64,000 nucleotides of DNA, taken from Spirochaetia bacterium (GTDB taxonomy: Bacteria > Spirochaetota > Spirochaetia > CAKZLE01). How positions within the stretch are numbered: position 1 is the stretch's first letter; the number at the start of each line of letters is the position of its first letter. The notes beneath the pieces are model-generated. The model did no database searches, was not told the origin of the DNA, and saw only the letters and a program-made list of their open reading frames with translations. Position numbers and translations under genes: made by a program. The stretch covers positions 4,064,001-4,128,000 of the forward strand of contig OY782041.1 of the NCBI GenBank assembly GCA_963677595.1, read 5' to 3'. Positions 1 through 9,730 of the stretch are shown one piece after another.

Positions 1-1
1 C

Positions 2-958
2 AAAGAGATGTTTGCGAAGGCAGTTGAGGGCGGGTATGCGATCCCGGCTTACAACTTCAATAACATGGAACAGCTCCAGGCTATCATCATGGCCTGTGTC
101 GAGACAAAGTCTCCTGTCATCCTCCAGGTATCGAAAGGTGCTCGTGACTATGCGAACATCAACCTGCTGAGGAACATGGCCAAGGGCGCCGGCGAATATG
201 CGAAGGAACTCGGCTGCGAGATCCCCATCACGCTACACCTCGACCACGGCGACAGCTTCGAGACCTGTAAGGAATGTATCGACAACGGGTTCTCATCCGT
301 CATGATCGACGGTTCACACTTCCCCTACGAAGAGAACGTGGCACTCACCAAAAAGGTCGTAGAGTATGCGCATGCACGAGGCGTGACCGTCGAGGGCGAG
401 CTCGGCGTGCTTGCAGGTATCGAGGATGACGTGGTTGCAGAGCACTCAACCTACACCCAGCCTGAAGAGGTCGAGGACTTCGTCTCCAAGACCGGTGTGG
501 ACTCCCTCGCTATCTCGATCGGTACCAGCCACGGTGCCAACAAGTTCAAGCCCGAGCAGTGTACGAAGAACGAGGACGGCGTCCTGATCCCGCCCCCACT
601 CCGATTCGACATCCTCGAAGCTATCGAGAAGAAACTCCCCGGCTTCCCAATCGTCCTCCATGGTTCATCATCAGTACCGATGGAGTACGTGAACACCATC
701 CTGAAGTACGGCGGCAACCTCAAGGACTCCGTTGGTATCCCTGAGAGCCAGCTGAGAAAGGCAGCTGCTTCCGCAGTCTGCAAGATCAATATCGACTCTG
801 ACGGACGGCTTGCCATGACCGCTGCTATCCGACAGCACCTTGCCGAGAAACCCGGGGACTTCGATCCCCGTAAGTACCTCGCTCCTGCAAGGGCAGAACT
901 TAAGAAGATGTACATGCACAAGAACATCAACGTCCTGGGTTCCGCAGATAAAGCTTAA
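2..958 (+). CDS. fba: Class II fructose-1,6-bisphosphate aldolase (5'-truncated by window edge)
   Basis: Motifs HLDHG, SSVMIDGS, VEGELG, GTSHG, VLHG, KINIDSD; frame is open back to the window start. Confidence 0.95.
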   Translation, partial: KEMFAKAVEGGYAIPAYNFNNMEQLQAIIMACVETKSPVILQVSKGARDYANINLLRNMAKGAGEYAKELGCEIPITLHLDHGDSFETCKECIDNGFSSVMIDGSHFPYEENVALTKKVVEYAHARGVTVEGELGVLAGIEDDVVAEHSTYTQPEEVEDFVSKTGVDSLAISIGTSHGANKFKPEQCTKNEDGVLIPPPLRFDILEAIEKKLPGFPIVLHGSSSVPMEYVNTILKYGGNLKDSVGIPESQLRKAAASAVCKINIDSDGRLAMTAAIRQHLAEKPGDFDPRKYLAPARAELKKMYMHKNINVLGSADKA

Positions 959-974
959 TAGTCCTTTGAACTTC

Positions 975-1012
975 AAGACACCCTTTTTCCCATGAGAAAG
1001 GGTGTCTTTTTT
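975..1012 (+). terminator. Intrinsic terminator after fba
   Basis: AAGACACCCTTT...AAAGGGTGTCTT stem followed by a T-tract. Confidence 0.9.
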
Positions 1013-1134
1013 GTATCCTAAAGGCCATCTGGTGACAGCAGGCCTTTGACTATCCAATTATGTCATGCTATAGTTGGAGATAACTTACTAATTATTAATA
1101 CATGAATGTCATACATGATGTATAAGGAGGTATA

Positions 1135-1665
1135 TTGGCCGCTAAAGAACAACGGATCAATAGACAGATTCGTGCACGTGAAGTCCGATTGATCGACCAG
1201 GACGGAGAGATGAGGGGTGTCGTGAACATCCGGGAAGCCCAGACCATGGCTGAAGAGGCTGGTCTTGACCTTGTCGAGGTCTCACCGAACGCCAACCCGC
1301 CCGTCTGCAAGATCCTTGACTACGGGAAGTACAAGTACGAGCAGGAGAAGAAGCTCAGGGAATCCAGGAAGAACCAGGTCCAGATCAAGCTGAAAGAGAT
1401 CAGGATGCAGCCCAAGATCGAGAAACACGACCTTGAGTTCAAGACGAAGCATATCGCACAGTTCCTCGATGAGGGGAACAAGGTAAAGGTCACCATCCGC
1501 TTCAGGGGAAGGGAGATGGCCCATACCGAACTCGGCCGAGTCGTGTTGGACAAGGTGCTGCTGCTTCTCGGGGACCAGGAGGTAGGATTCAACCTCGACC
1601 GGGCTCCGAAGATGGAAGGCAGGTTCATGTCCATGATTCTAAGTCCCATAAAAGCAAAAAAATAG
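1135..1665 (+). CDS. infC: Translation initiation factor IF-3 (TTG start)
   Basis: [47 protein letters not shown]; SD AAGGAGG at 1124-1130. Confidence 0.97.
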   Translation: MAAKEQRINRQIRAREVRLIDQDGEMRGVVNIREAQTMAEEAGLDLVEVSPNANPPVCKILDYGKYKYEQEKKLRESRKNQVQIKLKEIRMQPKIEKHDLEFKTKHIAQFLDEGNKVKVTIRFRGREMAHTELGRVVLDKVLLLLGDQEVGFNLDRAPKMEGRFMSMILSPIKAKK

Positions 1666-1685
1666 CATGATCATGCGGACAGGTA

Positions 1686-1715
1686 TTGACAGGTTCGCGT
1701 TAATCATCTAATGAT
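1686..1715 (+). promoter_or_regulatory. Putative sigma70 promoter for rpmI-rplT
   Basis: TTGACA at 1686-1691 with a weak -10 (TAATGA/AATGAT) 17-18 nt downstream. Confidence 0.5.
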
Positions 1716-1726
1716 ACCAAGGATGC

Positions 1727-1820
1727 GCTCCTCCTCTTGGGAGGGGAAGCCGTCGCCATCTCGTTGAGATGTTTCTAAAGCAGACCTGGGGGGATCTTGT
1801 TCCTCAGGGAGGCTATTTTT
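1727..1820 (+). promoter_or_regulatory. Structured 5' leader of rpmI-rplT (candidate ribosomal-protein leader)
   Basis: Three hairpins (1727-1750, 1752-1785, 1785-1808), an alternative AGCC/GGCT pairing and a T-tract before the SD. Confidence 0.45.
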
Positions 1821-1836
1821 ACAGAGGTGAACTTAT

Positions 1837-2037
1837 ATGCCTAAGATGAAAACAAGAAAAGCAGCTGCAAAGCGCTACAAGGTAACTGGATCTGGTAAAG
1901 TGAAGTATAAGAAGCAGGGGCTTCGACACATCCTTACCAAGAAGAGTACGAAGAGAAAGAGAAACCTGCGACATGCCGGACTCCTCAGCGAAGCAGAGAC
2001 TGAGAAAGTACGGAAGATGATGCCCTACAATTTCTAG
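1837..2037 (+). CDS. rpmI: 50S ribosomal protein L35
   Basis: [21 protein letters not shown]...[15 protein letters not shown]. Confidence 0.98.
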   Translation: MPKMKTRKAAAKRYKVTGSGKVKYKKQGLRHILTKKSTKRKRNLRHAGLLSEAETEKVRKMMPYNF

Positions 2038-2065
2038 AGTACACTTGATAAGGAGAATATGAACC

Positions 2066-2422
2066 ATGCCAAGAGCAGTTGACGGAACAAGACGAAAAGA
2101 TAGAAGGAATGATATCCTCTCCCAGGCGAAAGGATACTACGGACGACGAAGCACCAACATGAGGACAGCGAAGGACGCTGTCATCAAAGCCGGCCAGTAT
2201 GCCTATAGAGATAGACGAAGGAAGAAAAGAGATTTCCGACGATTATGGATCACCCGTATCTCTGCCGCTGTCCAGGCTGAGGGTATGAACTACTCTCAGT
2301 TCATCAACGGCCTGAAGAAAGCTGAGATCACAATCAACCGGAAGGTCCTTTCCAATATGGCAATCGAGGACAAACAGGCTTTCTCTGTTTTAGTTTCACA
2401 GGCTAAAGAGGCTCTGCAGTAG
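2066..2422 (+). CDS. rplT: 50S ribosomal protein L20
   Basis: [44 protein letters not shown]. Confidence 0.98.
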   Translation: MPRAVDGTRRKDRRNDILSQAKGYYGRRSTNMRTAKDAVIKAGQYAYRDRRRKKRDFRRLWITRISAAVQAEGMNYSQFINGLKKAEITINRKVLSNMAIEDKQAFSVLVSQAKEALQ

Positions 2423-2455
2423 AGAAAAGGATCAGAGACCTCATTGGAGTAACTC

Positions 2456-2848
2456 ATGATTACATTGGATAAAGTACAATTACTGGAAGAACGGATCAGG
2501 AAGGCAGTGGCGCTGATCAACCGCCTCAGACAGCAGAATGAGGGGTTCAAGGAACAGATCAACATCCTGAAGATGCACAACGACGAGCTGAAGGATTTTG
2601 CCAACACCTACAACAAGGACAACGAGATGATCGAGCTCGGTCTCTCGAAAGCCATGGCTTATCTTGATGATGTTGAGGGGCTCAACGACATGATGCCCGT
2701 CGAGGATTATCTCAGGAACCAGGAGTTCGCTGAGATGGACAACGCCAGTGCATCTGAGGCTGACTTCGCTGATGATGAACAATCCAATGAACCGGTAGAT
2801 GATACCGATACGATCATTAATTATGAGGATTCAGACCCTCTTATATAG
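2456..2848 (+). CDS. Coiled-coil protein, ZapB-like cell division protein with acidic tail
   Basis: MITLDKVQLLEERIRKAVALINRLRQQN coiled coil; located between rplT and the 6S RNA. Confidence 0.6.
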   Translation: MITLDKVQLLEERIRKAVALINRLRQQNEGFKEQINILKMHNDELKDFANTYNKDNEMIELGLSKAMAYLDDVEGLNDMMPVEDYLRNQEFAEMDNASASEADFADDEQSNEPVDDTDTIINYEDSDPLI

Positions 2849-2907
2849 TTGCTTCAACAGCTGTGAACCTACTGATCTTACGTAACAACATACACATATC
2901 ATAATCC

Positions 2908-2936
2908 TTGAAAAGGGCCTGTGATATGTGTATATT
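2908..2936 (+). promoter_or_regulatory. Sigma70 promoter of the 6S RNA
   Basis: TTGAAA-17 nt-TATATT with TG dinucleotides just upstream of the -10. Confidence 0.65.
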
Positions 2937-2954
2937 TCTTATTGAAGCAAGATG

Positions 2955-3130
2955 AATTTCCTGCAGTGTGCGAGATGGGCATTAATCTCTTGGGTCAACT
3001 AACATAATCGGGATTCTGTCTTTCCTAGCTTGAATTGAGCTCTCTTCTGAGTTCAGGATAGCTGGAACAGGAAACCCACTTGAACAGAAGAAGTTCAAGA
3101 GGTATCGACTCGGACCGGCACTGCGGGTTT
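2955..3130 (+). ncRNA. ssrS: 6S RNA
   Basis: About 175-nt rod: closing stem CCTGCAGTG(2960-2968)/CACTGCGGG(3119-3127), CTCTTGG/TCAAGAG stem, central bubble, apical stem, then T-tract; downstream of a zapB-like gene. Confidence 0.88.
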
Positions 3131-3151
3131 TTTTTGCCCGGGAACTAAAAC

Positions 3152-4261
3152 ATGTCAGAACTACAGAACGAACCATTACAGAATATCGTATATATCTCGA
3201 TCCCAGAGGATGCCAAACGGGAGATCAACGGGTTCACCCTGAACCCGAAGAAGCTGATCCCCATCGAGATCCCCGAGGACCGGGAGAAGTGGACCTTCGA
3301 GGAGCTCTCATGGGAGATGATCGTCTCAGCCATGCTGAAGATCTTCGCCTACAAGCCGGAACATGAGGACATCGAGTACTACCGGAGCTTCATCCAGGCC
3401 GTGCAGCCCAACCTCGTGGCTGAACTTACCCAGACAGGCATCATCAAGGCCGAGGCCAAGGACTTCGCCCTGGCCGAGGAGATCTTCCTCGCCCTCTGCC
3501 ACCTCGCACCCGAGGAGGAGACGACCTTCCTCAACCTGGCCTTCGCCTATGAGGAGCAGTATGATGCCCTCTTCGACGATGGAGATATGAAAGGAGCCGA
3601 GGCTGTTGCTGACAAGGCCCTGGGGACCTACCTCGAGGCTCTGGAGGCACATCCTGATTCAGTAGACGTCCACTTCTACTTCGGCTACTTCAACCTCAAG
3701 CAGAGCAACCTCTCGAAAGCCCTCGAGTACTTCGAGCTCTTCCTCGGCCTGGCAGTCGATGACGAACGGGCACCTGAGGTCCAGAACATCGTCTCCTCCA
3801 TCCGTAACCAGAACCAGGATGACGACCAGTTCACCGAAGCCTTCTCCCAGATCAAGAACGGCAATGAGCCCGAGGCGATCAGCCTCATCGATGACTTCCT
3901 CGAGCGGCATGATGACGTATGGAACGCCTGGTTCCTCAAGGGCTGGGCACACCGGAGACTCGGAGAGTATGCTGAAGGGAAATCTGCCCTCGAACATGCC
4001 CTCGAGCTGGAACAGGGGAATGTCGACATCTTCAACGAGCTTGCCATCTGCTGCATGGAGACAGGGGAGCTCGAGGGTGCACGGAAGTACCTGAACCGGG
4101 CACTGGTGATCGAGCCTGACAACGTCAAGATCGTCTCCAACCTCGGTATCCTCGAACTCAAGCGCGATGATACCGCTGCCGCCCTCCACTACTTCACCAT
4201 AGCGGCAGAGCTCGACCCTGCTGACAAGATCGCCCAGCAGTACATCAAGGCACTGAGCTGA
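3152..4261 (+). CDS. Tetratricopeptide-repeat protein
   Basis: Several TPR-like repeats (WNAWFLKGWAHRRLGEY, DIFNELAICCMETGEL, VKIVSNLGIL). Confidence 0.85.
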   Translation: MSELQNEPLQNIVYISIPEDAKREINGFTLNPKKLIPIEIPEDREKWTFEELSWEMIVSAMLKIFAYKPEHEDIEYYRSFIQAVQPNLVAELTQTGIIKAEAKDFALAEEIFLALCHLAPEEETTFLNLAFAYEEQYDALFDDGDMKGAEAVADKALGTYLEALEAHPDSVDVHFYFGYFNLKQSNLSKALEYFELFLGLAVDDERAPEVQNIVSSIRNQNQDDDQFTEAFSQIKNGNEPEAISLIDDFLERHDDVWNAWFLKGWAHRRLGEYAEGKSALEHALELEQGNVDIFNELAICCMETGELEGARKYLNRALVIEPDNVKIVSNLGILELKRDDTAAALHYFTIAAELDPADKIAQQYIKALS

Positions 4262-4262
4262 C

Positions 4263-4706
4263 GTGGGTGAGCAGACCCTCCGGTCTTCCTCGCCGGAGAT
4301 GACCCTGGAGATCGGGATGACCCTCGGGAGGAACCTCTCCCCCGGGGCCGTCATCTCCCTTCGGGGCTCACTCGGCGCAGGCAAGACCATGATCGCCAAG
4401 GGGATCGCCCTGGCGCTCGGCATCACCGAGCCGATCACGAGCCCGACCTATACCCTCCTCCAGGAGTATGAAGGTACCCTTCCCCTCCACCACATGGATC
4501 TCTACCGCATCGAGAGCGTCGATGAGTTCGAGATGCTCGGGACCGAGGAGCTGCTCTACGGTGAGGGGGTGACCCTCATCGAGTGGAGCGAGACGATCGA
4601 CGAGATCCTTCCTGAGGATACCATCTACATCCGCTTGACCATCGAGGAGAATCAGGACAGAATGATACACATCAGCGGGGCATCCTATGAACATATTGGC
4701 TTTTGA
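4263..4706 (+). CDS. tsaE: tRNA t6A biosynthesis ATPase TsaE
   Basis: GSLGAGKT, SPTYTL, HMDLYR, LIEW motifs. Confidence 0.95.
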   Translation: MGEQTLRSSSPEMTLEIGMTLGRNLSPGAVISLRGSLGAGKTMIAKGIALALGITEPITSPTYTLLQEYEGTLPLHHMDLYRIESVDEFEMLGTEELLYGEGVTLIEWSETIDEILPEDTIYIRLTIEENQDRMIHISGASYEHIGF

Positions 4707-5364
4707 CACATCAGCAGATTTTCTGAACATCGCACTGAAGACGAAGAACTCGTTCTATGAGGTCAATCATCGTATCGGCCTCAAGCACTCCGAGCACCTC
4801 CTCCCGGAGGTGGAGCACCTGCTCTCCTCCGCACGGCTCAAGGCCTCGGAACTCGACCTCATCGTCTGCACGAGGGGCCCCGGCTCCTTCACCGGCCTGA
4901 GGATCGGCTTCGCTACCGCGAAGGGACTCTCCCAGGGGGCGGATGTACCCCTGGTATCCATCTCGACCCTCGACCTCTATGCAGAGGACGCAGTCTTAGC
5001 ACATGCCGTGACCGTCCCGGTCATCGATGCGAGGAAGAAGCGGTTCTATGCCGCTGTCTACTGCGACGGCAAGAGTATCACCGAGGAGCTTGACATCGCC
5101 TCAGTCGACCTGGCGGCACAGCTTGACCCGGAGGTACCGGTCGTGCTCACCGGTCCTGATGCCCCATTGTTCCTGAAAGAGCTCGGGGAGACCCGGCTTG
5201 ATGTCTCTATCGATCCCGGCTGCCTGCGGGGACATGGGAGAAGCCTCATAGCGCTCGGATTGGCACGATTCAAGGAAGCCGGGGTTGACCCCGACGGCCA
5301 GGGCCCGGTCTACCTGCGCAAGAGTGAGGCTGAGATTGCGAGGGACAACGGGCTCATCGACTGA
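4687..5364 (+). CDS. tsaB: tRNA t6A biosynthesis protein TsaB
   Basis: ILAFDTS, HSEHLLP, GPGSFTGLRIG, IDARK, PVYLR. Confidence 0.95.
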   Translation: MNILAFDTSADFLNIALKTKNSFYEVNHRIGLKHSEHLLPEVEHLLSSARLKASELDLIVCTRGPGSFTGLRIGFATAKGLSQGADVPLVSISTLDLYAEDAVLAHAVTVPVIDARKKRFYAAVYCDGKSITEELDIASVDLAAQLDPEVPVVLTGPDAPLFLKELGETRLDVSIDPGCLRGHGRSLIALGLARFKEAGVDPDGQGPVYLRKSEAEIARDNGLID

Positions 5365-5447
5365 GGGAAGAAAATACTTTACTTTTCTTTCGTTTATGAT
5401 GACATTGGTAGGGAATAACAGACATGAAGTATATGGAGGTGGTTACT

Positions 5448-6398
5448 ATGCCAGAGGGAACATTTCATAAGGACATGATTATCATAGGCGGCGGGGCGGC
5501 AGGCCTCACTGCAGCTCAATACGGGGGTCGGGCGAACCTCGACACCCTCATCATCGAGGAGATGGCTCCCGGCGGGCAAGCCCTCATCATCGACGACCTG
5601 GAGAACTACCCGGGCTTCCCCGAGAAGATCAGCGGGTTCGAGCTCGCACAGAAGCTCACCGTCCAGGCTGAGAACTTCGGAGCCCAGATCCTGGCAGCGA
5701 CCGTGAACGGGATATCCAAGGAGGGAGACCTCTTCACTGTAGTCACCAGCAAGGGGATCTATACCACCAACGCCGTCATCCTCGCTACCGGTGCGAAGCA
5801 CCGGAAACTCGGGATCACGGGGGAAGAGGAGTACTCGGGCCGCGGCGTCTCCTACTGCGCGACCTGTGACGGCCCCTTCTTCCGGAACAAGAAGATGCTC
5901 GTGGTAGGGGGCGGTGATGCAGCCTGTGACGAGGCGCTCTACCTCTCGAAGCTCACTGATGAGCTCGTGATGATCCACCGGCGGGACCGGTTCAGGGCCC
6001 AGAAGTCTTTGGCTGACCGGATACTGAACCATGAGAAGATCGATGTACGGCTCAGCCATGAGCTGAAGGAGATCAAGGGAGACGGGAAGAAGATCACCTC
6101 CGTCGTCTTCTACGACAAGGAACAGGACCAGGAGTACGAGGAAGCCTTCGATGCCGTCTTCATCTTCGTCGGGTCCATCCCCCAGACAGCCCTCGCGGGT
6201 GAGGAGGTCGAGAAAGACGAGACCGGCTACATCATCACCGACCAGGAGATGTGCTCATCCCTCAAGGGATTCTATGCCGTGGGCGATGTCCGGGCGACCC
6301 CATTCAGGCAGCTGATCGTGGCTGCTGGAGAGGGAGCGGTAGCCAGCCACTGTGCGGCTCATTACATCGACGAACTGCACGGTCAGGCCTATAAATAA
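5448..6398 (+). CDS. trxB: Thioredoxin-disulfide reductase
   Basis: GGGAAGL, GGQ, ENYPG, GVSYCATCDG, GGGDAA, HRRD, GDV; SD GGAGGT before ATG 5448. Confidence 0.95.
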   Translation: MPEGTFHKDMIIIGGGAAGLTAAQYGGRANLDTLIIEEMAPGGQALIIDDLENYPGFPEKISGFELAQKLTVQAENFGAQILAATVNGISKEGDLFTVVTSKGIYTTNAVILATGAKHRKLGITGEEEYSGRGVSYCATCDGPFFRNKKMLVVGGGDAACDEALYLSKLTDELVMIHRRDRFRAQKSLADRILNHEKIDVRLSHELKEIKGDGKKITSVVFYDKEQDQEYEEAFDAVFIFVGSIPQTALAGEEVEKDETGYIITDQEMCSSLKGFYAVGDVRATPFRQLIVAAGEGAVASHCAAHYIDELHGQAYK

Positions 6399-6420
6399 CT
6401 AATTATTAACAGGAAATTCA

Positions 6421-6450
6421 GACGGGACAGCGTTTGCACTGTCCCGTTTT
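6421..6450 (+). terminator. Intrinsic terminator after trxB
   Basis: GACGGGACAG...CTGTCCCGTT stem plus T-tract. Confidence 0.8.
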
Positions 6451-6490
6451 AACTTGACGTCTTTATTGATACATGGTCTAATCATAGTAT

Positions 6491-7933
6491 ATGAAGATCC
6501 TTATGATAACCAGTGAGGCTGTGCCTTTTATCAAGTCAGGCGGGTTGGCAGACGTAGTTACTGCGCTCTCCCACGAGCTGATCGAGCACGGCCATGACGT
6601 CCGTATGGTCCTCCCCTTCTATAAGGATATCACCTTATCAGGATCAGAACGGAGAACGGCTTCCTGCTCAGTCCCAATGGGCAGCGAGAGGGAGGAGTGC
6701 TCCCTCGTAGAGTACACCCTGGAGGGACTCCCCTGCTATTTTCTTGACTCACCGCTCTTCCGAGACCGGAAAGGGATCTACGGAGAGAGTACCCATGCAC
6801 CCTACCCTGACAACCTCTACCGGTATGCCATGTTCAACAAGGCCGTCATCGCGATGTGCGAGGAACTCGACTGGGTCCCTGACGTATTCCACTGCCATGA
6901 CTGGACCACCGGTTTCATCCCCTCCCTCATGAGGGGAACGGATTCCTGCTCCGCTTCGAAGAGCATCATGACGATACACAATCTCGGGTACCAGGGAGAC
7001 TTCTCAAAACACGAGATCAACATGATCGGGCTCTCTGCCGGTGAGGTCTTCACCGAGGAAGATATCGACTACTCGAGCAGGCTCAACATGCTCAAGATCG
7101 GGATCGAGCTTGCCGATGCGGTCACGACAGTCTCCCCGACCTACGCAAAGGAGATCCAGACCAAGGAGTTCGGGCATGATCTCGAAGGGATCCTTCAGAA
7201 GAAGCAGGATGTCCTCTACGGCATCCTTAATGGCATAGACTATACCGAATGGGATCCCGCTACCGATACTTACATACCCCACCAATTCTCTCTCGAGCGT
7301 GTCGGGGACAAGGACCTGAACAAGCGTGAACTCCAGAAGTACTGCGGGTTCCCGGTGAACCCCGCCCTTCCTGTCTTCGGCATGGTCTCCAGGATCGCCG
7401 ACCAGAAGGGGTTCAGGGAGCTGTGCAGCGGTTCCCCCTCCGTCCTTGAGCGGATGATCATGAACATGGATGCCCAGTTCGTGATCGTTGGGACCGGGGA
7501 CCGGGACATCGAGGAGTACCTCAAAGGCCTCTCGAGGACCTATGACAACTTCTCTGCCCAGATCGTCTTCAACAACTATATAGCCCACCTCGTCGAGGCG
7601 GGGTCTGACTTCTTCCTCATGCCGAGCCGCTACGAACCCTGCGGGCTCAACCAGATCTACTCCCTGAAATACGGGACGCTCCCGATCGTGAGGAAGACCG
7701 GCGGGCTCGCAGATACCATAGAACCGATGGATGGGGACTACACGACCGGGACAGGGTTCGTGTTCGACCAGATGTCCGGAGAAGCCATCTACGATGCGGT
7801 GGAGCAGGCCTACGCATTCTGGGGAAGCCCGAATGAGATCGTGACTGCCGCGAAGGTACGGGCTATGGGCAAATCGTTCACATGGAGACAGGCTGCAGAG
7901 GACTACTGCACTGTCTATAATAACGTGATATAG
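6491..7933 (+). CDS. glgA: Glycogen synthase
   Basis: KSGGLADV, HCHDW, TIHNLGYQG, NGID, MPSRYEPCGLNQ, TGGLADT. Confidence 0.96.
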   Translation: MKILMITSEAVPFIKSGGLADVVTALSHELIEHGHDVRMVLPFYKDITLSGSERRTASCSVPMGSEREECSLVEYTLEGLPCYFLDSPLFRDRKGIYGESTHAPYPDNLYRYAMFNKAVIAMCEELDWVPDVFHCHDWTTGFIPSLMRGTDSCSASKSIMTIHNLGYQGDFSKHEINMIGLSAGEVFTEEDIDYSSRLNMLKIGIELADAVTTVSPTYAKEIQTKEFGHDLEGILQKKQDVLYGILNGIDYTEWDPATDTYIPHQFSLERVGDKDLNKRELQKYCGFPVNPALPVFGMVSRIADQKGFRELCSGSPSVLERMIMNMDAQFVIVGTGDRDIEEYLKGLSRTYDNFSAQIVFNNYIAHLVEAGSDFFLMPSRYEPCGLNQIYSLKYGTLPIVRKTGGLADTIEPMDGDYTTGTGFVFDQMSGEAIYDAVEQAYAFWGSPNEIVTAAKVRAMGKSFTWRQAAEDYCTVYNNVI

Positions 7934-7945
7934 AGGGGAAACAAT

Positions 7946-9232
7946 ATGAATGACACATTGGCTATCGTTTTAGGTGGAGGAAAGGGGACGCGTCTATTCC
8001 CGCTTACGAAAGAGCGTTCGAAACCGGCAGTACCGTTCGGGGGGAAGTTCCGGCTCGTCGACATCCCGATCTCGAACTGCATCAACAGTGAACTGAAGAG
8101 GATCTACATCCTGACCCAGTTCAACTCCGCATCACTGCACAACCATATCTCGAACACCTACGTGTTCGACACCTTCTCCAAGGGATTCGTCGAGATCCTT
8201 GCAGCAGAGCAGACACCCCAGAGCGACACCTGGTACCAGGGGACCGCTGATGCTGTCAGGAAGAACATCCTCCATTTTCATGACCAGAACCCGAAATACT
8301 ATATCATCCTCTCCGGGGACCAACTCTACAGGATGGACTTCCGCGAGATGCTCAAGACACACCAGGAGTCAGGAGCGGAACTGACCATAGCGGCAAAACC
8401 GATCACCCGGACCCAGGCCACAGGCCTCGGCATCATGGGCACCGATGACTCAGGCCAGATCACCTCCTTCCTCGAGAAGCCTGCCCCGGACCTCGACATC
8501 TCTGAGATGAAGGTAAACCCCAAGCTCCTCGACGGCATCGTCCCCCCCAACAAGGTTCAGGAGAAGGAGTATCTTGCCTCCATGGGTATCTACATCTTCA
8601 ATGCCGAGACGATGGAGAAACTGCTCGACAATGACAAGACCGACTTCGGGAAGGAGATCATTCCCGGGTCGATCGAGGAGATCAAGGTCCAGTCCTACAT
8701 CTTCGACGGCTTCTGGGAAGATATCGGGACGATCAAGGCCTTCTATGACATCAACCTCAATATCGCATCGATCGCACCAGATTTCAACTTCTATGATGAG
8801 AAGATGCCGATCTACACCCACCGACGGCAGCTGCCTGCCACGAAGATGAACTTCTGCACCATCAGCCAGTCACTGGCCTCTGAGGGGTCGATCATCACCA
8901 ACACATCCATCGTCAATTCGGTCATCGGTGTGCGTACCCTCATCGAGTCCGGGGCGAACCTGGACGGGGTCTACAGCATGGGATCCAGTTATTATGAGGA
9001 CGACAAGCAGAAGGCTGAGAACCAGAAGAAGGGTATCCCGAACATCGGGATCGGTAGGGGAACGATCATCAGGAAGGCTATCATCGACCAGAACGCACGG
9101 ATCGGGGACGGCTGCCGGATCGGTATCGACAGCATGGAACGTGTCGATGGGGACTACGGACACTACTGGATCGTCGACGGGATCATCGTCATCCCGAAGA
9201 ACAGCATCATCCCCTCAGGTACGGTAATCTAA
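7946..9232 (+). CDS. glgC: Glucose-1-phosphate adenylyltransferase
   Basis: GGGKGTRLFPLTKERSKPAVP, QFNSASL, GTADAVR, SGDQLY, EKP, ASMGIY, WEDIGT. Confidence 0.96.
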   Translation: MNDTLAIVLGGGKGTRLFPLTKERSKPAVPFGGKFRLVDIPISNCINSELKRIYILTQFNSASLHNHISNTYVFDTFSKGFVEILAAEQTPQSDTWYQGTADAVRKNILHFHDQNPKYYIILSGDQLYRMDFREMLKTHQESGAELTIAAKPITRTQATGLGIMGTDDSGQITSFLEKPAPDLDISEMKVNPKLLDGIVPPNKVQEKEYLASMGIYIFNAETMEKLLDNDKTDFGKEIIPGSIEEIKVQSYIFDGFWEDIGTIKAFYDINLNIASIAPDFNFYDEKMPIYTHRRQLPATKMNFCTISQSLASEGSIITNTSIVNSVIGVRTLIESGANLDGVYSMGSSYYEDDKQKAENQKKGIPNIGIGRGTIIRKAIIDQNARIGDGCRIGIDSMERVDGDYGHYWIVDGIIVIPKNSIIPSGTVI

Positions 9233-9648
9233 GCCTCAGGATAGGCCTCAGACAGGGCATCGAGTATTGCCCTGTCTGACCCAGCCATAGGGAGGCGGAA
9301 AAGCTCCTCCAGGGTCAGCCAAGAGACCTTCTGGTGCTCCGGCAGGCAGAATTCAGGATCTTCATCAACGAACTCCACCGCATAGGCAAGCAGCCCGTAG
9401 CTCTTGCCTTTATTCTTGAACGAACCCTCATACAGCAGGTTCCCGACCGTGATGTCGACGCAGAACTCCTCCTGGTACTCTCGGAGCAGGGTCTCCTCAG
9501 GCCGCTCATCGAGTCGGTTCTTCCCACCCGGGAACTCCCAGCTCTCCCCTATCGAGGTCCCGCTCCTGCGCAATGCCGCGAAGAACCGGTTCCCCCGGCG
9601 TGCGACCCCTGCCGTCGATATCCTGTCCACTTCAGATAAGTCCATCAT
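9229..9648 (-). CDS. NUDIX hydrolase (MutT/NudG-like)
   Basis: WEFPGGK...ERPEETLLREYQEEF Nudix box. Confidence 0.88.
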   Translation of the reverse strand: MMDLSEVDRISTAGVARRGNRFFAALRRSGTSIGESWEFPGGKNRLDERPEETLLREYQEEFCVDITVGNLLYEGSFKNKGKSYGLLAYAVEFVDEDPEFCLPEHQKVSWLTLEELFRLPMAGSDRAILDALSEAYPEA

Positions 9649-9730
9649 TCACTCCCAAAAAAAGGCCCCCATCTCGAGAAGCGGGATGAGAACCTGTTTA
9701 CTTCAAAATCTCAGTTATAATCTTTTTCGT

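Noticed and set aside
2982-3176. 64-aa minus-strand ORF
   Set aside because: Overlaps the 6S RNA and has no coding features
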